From: an uncultured Mollicutes bacterium
GTDB taxonomy: Bacteria > Bacillota_I > Bacilli_A > Acholeplasmatales > Anaeroplasmataceae
Direction of reading: 5' to 3'
Length of the DNA: 45,917 nt
NCBI GenBank assembly: GCA_947177025.1
Contig: CAMWSQ010000001.1
Span: 1-45,917 of the forward strand
The notes beneath the pieces are model-generated. The model did not search any database. It was not told where the DNA came from and saw nothing but the letters and a program-made list of their open reading frames with translations. Position numbers and translations under genes: made by a program. Below, piece after piece: positions 44,357 to 45,917 of this stretch (positions are counted from its first letter, which is position 1; each line of letters begins with the position of its first letter).

Positions 44357-45133
44357 CTACTCCTCCCATACTTTCCAAGGAGCATGTCCTGAATTCCAAA
44401 GCTTTTCCAATTTTTCTTTTTCTCTTAATGTATCCATGCATTGCCAATATCCTTTATGGATGTATGCATTTAATTGATGCTGTTCTGCCAAATCCTTTAA
44501 TGGAACAACCTCAAATGGTGTATCATCATCAGAAATCATATCAAAAATTTGAGGCTGAAGTATCATAAAGCCAATATTGATCATATCTCCATCTAAATCA
44601 GACTTTTCTCTAAACGCATTTACACTTCCATCTGGAGCAAAATCGATTACCCCTTTGGATTGACCAAAATTATAAACAGACATCGTTGCAAGCTTTCCTG
44701 ACTTTTTGTGGCATTCAATTAACTGATGAATATCGATATCTCCAACAGCGTCGCCATAGGTAAGCAAGAATGGTTCGTTGCCAACATATTTCTGAATCTT
44801 CTTTACCCGTCCACCAGTTTGTGTATTTAAGCCAGTATCCACAATTGTAACCTTCCATGCATCATTGGAGCGCTTGTGTACTATACGTTCGTTTTTTTCA
44901 AAATCAAACGTAACGTCATTGTTATATAAATAATAATTTGAAAAGTATTCTTTAATAACTCTTTGTTTATAGCCTGCACAAATGATGAAATCATTAAATC
45001 CTTGTGCAGCATAAATTTTCATTATATGAACCAAAATTGGCAATTCTCCAATTTCAATCATAGGCTTTGGTTTAAGATGTGATTCTTCACTTATTCTTGT
45101 CCCTAAACCGCCTGCTAAAATAACAACCTTCAT
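44357..45133 (-). CDS. rfbF: Glucose-1-phosphate cytidylyltransferase
   Basis: MKVVILAGGLGTRISEESHLKPKPMIEIG..PIL.HIMKIY is the RfbF signature. Confidence 0.9.
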   Translation of the reverse strand: MKVVILAGGLGTRISEESHLKPKPMIEIGELPILVHIMKIYAAQGFNDFIICAGYKQRVIKEYFSNYYLYNNDVTFDFEKNERIVHKRSNDAWKVTIVDTGLNTQTGGRVKKIQKYVGNEPFLLTYGDAVGDIDIHQLIECHKKSGKLATMSVYNFGQSKGVIDFAPDGSVNAFREKSDLDGDMINIGFMILQPQIFDMISDDDTPFEVVPLKDLAEQHQLNAYIHKGYWQCMDTLREKEKLEKLWNSGHAPWKVWEE

Positions 45134-45134
45134 T

Positions 45135-45827
45135 CTATTCAGCCCCTTTACTAAACAATACTGCTGGAATTGTTTTTAAAACCATCCAAACATCAAACCA
45201 AAAACCTCTTTTGCGAAGATATTTTACATCCATTTGCATTTGCTCTTCAAAGGTGGTGTTACTTCTACCACTGCATTGCCAAATACAAGTCAATCCCTGT
45301 GGCACAAGCGTTTTTAGATATGCATACTGCTTAAATTCTTCATGATTTTGCATTTTCTCATATTCATTTTTTGTACATGGACGTGGCCCTACAATACTCA
45401 TCGTTCCATTCAAAATGTTAAATAGCTGTGGTAATTCATCTAATGAGGTTTTTCTTAAAATCTTACCAAACTTTGTAATTCTTGGATCATTATGCATCTT
45501 AAAAATAATTCCGCCTTCAACCTCATTTTGAGACTCCAAGTTTACCAATTCTGCCTCGGCACCCACACACATTGTTCTAAACTTATAAAACGTAAATGGC
45601 TTTCCGCCTTTTCCAATTCTTTGAGATTTGTAGATAACAGGTCCTTTAGAGGTGCATTTCACTAAAATAGCAATAATTAACAATAACCATGAAAAAAGAA
45701 TTATCACCAAAAGTGCCCCTACAAAATCAATACATCTTTTAAAGAAAGAGTAAATAGGCTTATGCTTTAATACAAAATCACAGCCTCTGAATGTACATTC
45801 TTTATCTTTTTTTCTCATTTGCATCAC
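45135..45827 (-). CDS. Undecaprenyl-phosphate sugar phosphotransferase (bacterial sugar transferase, priming enzyme)
   Basis: One TM helix followed by KGPVIYKSQRIGKGGKPFTFYKFRTM...DELPQLFNILNGTMSIVGPRP. Confidence 0.85.
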   Translation of the reverse strand: MMQMRKKDKECTFRGCDFVLKHKPIYSFFKRCIDFVGALLVIILFSWLLLIIAILVKCTSKGPVIYKSQRIGKGGKPFTFYKFRTMCVGAEAELVNLESQNEVEGGIIFKMHNDPRITKFGKILRKTSLDELPQLFNILNGTMSIVGPRPCTKNEYEKMQNHEEFKQYAYLKTLVPQGLTCIWQCSGRSNTTFEEQMQMDVKYLRKRGFWFDVWMVLKTIPAVLFSKGAE

Positions 45828-45917
45828 AACTCCTAATCAAAATTTTTTAAATTTTAATTATTTGTTTCTCAACATCTAAAAACAGAATTTAAAATAAATT
45901 TAGACTGTGTTCTACTT

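Noticed and set aside
1-45917. CRISPR arrays, IS elements or transposases, integrases, prophage genes, and tRNA or rRNA genes
   Set aside because: None were recognised. The only repeats seen are the intragenic 234-bp duplication, short operator-like motifs and the C10 tract.

Overview
AT-rich, Firmicutes-type chromosomal window. It looks like an Erysipelotrichaceae- or Clostridia-like commensal, but that taxon is a guess from codon and protein style. Almost all genes are on the minus strand. No rRNA or tRNA genes, CRISPR arrays, transposases or phage genes were seen.

Gene order, left to right:
- malQ with a divergent LacI-family regulator.
- A glmU-glmM pair.
- A 1857-aa surface lipoprotein with eight Listeria-Bacteroides (Flg_new) repeats and a PL1 pectate-lyase core.
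- A 560-aa secreted protein, followed by a 43-aa ORF that is missing from the supplied track (11670..11801).
- A self-contained five-gene operon (13719..17879): HprK-like kinase, PqqD/RRE, small Ser/His-type peptidase, ABC exporter, NTP_transf_5 nucleotidyltransferase.
- A Fic protein, a lipoprotein plus MscS, serS behind a T-box leader, and an amidohydrolase.
- A roughly 21-kb Wzx/Wzy glycopolymer locus (25.1-45.8 kb) with a CDP-6-deoxyhexose branch, two LicD transferases, a LicC-LicA-LicC triple fusion, and an ABC importer whose permease is fused to a wHTH-LicC module.

Best candidate for an undescribed system: the five-gene operon. It holds the accessory genes of Firmicute lasso-peptide clusters but has no lasso cyclase, no B2 protease and no other RiPP core enzyme. 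The nearby 43-aa ORF carries a lasso-type YxxPxL leader motif but has no lasso-compatible core. All functional calls come from reading motifs by eye; no database search was run.
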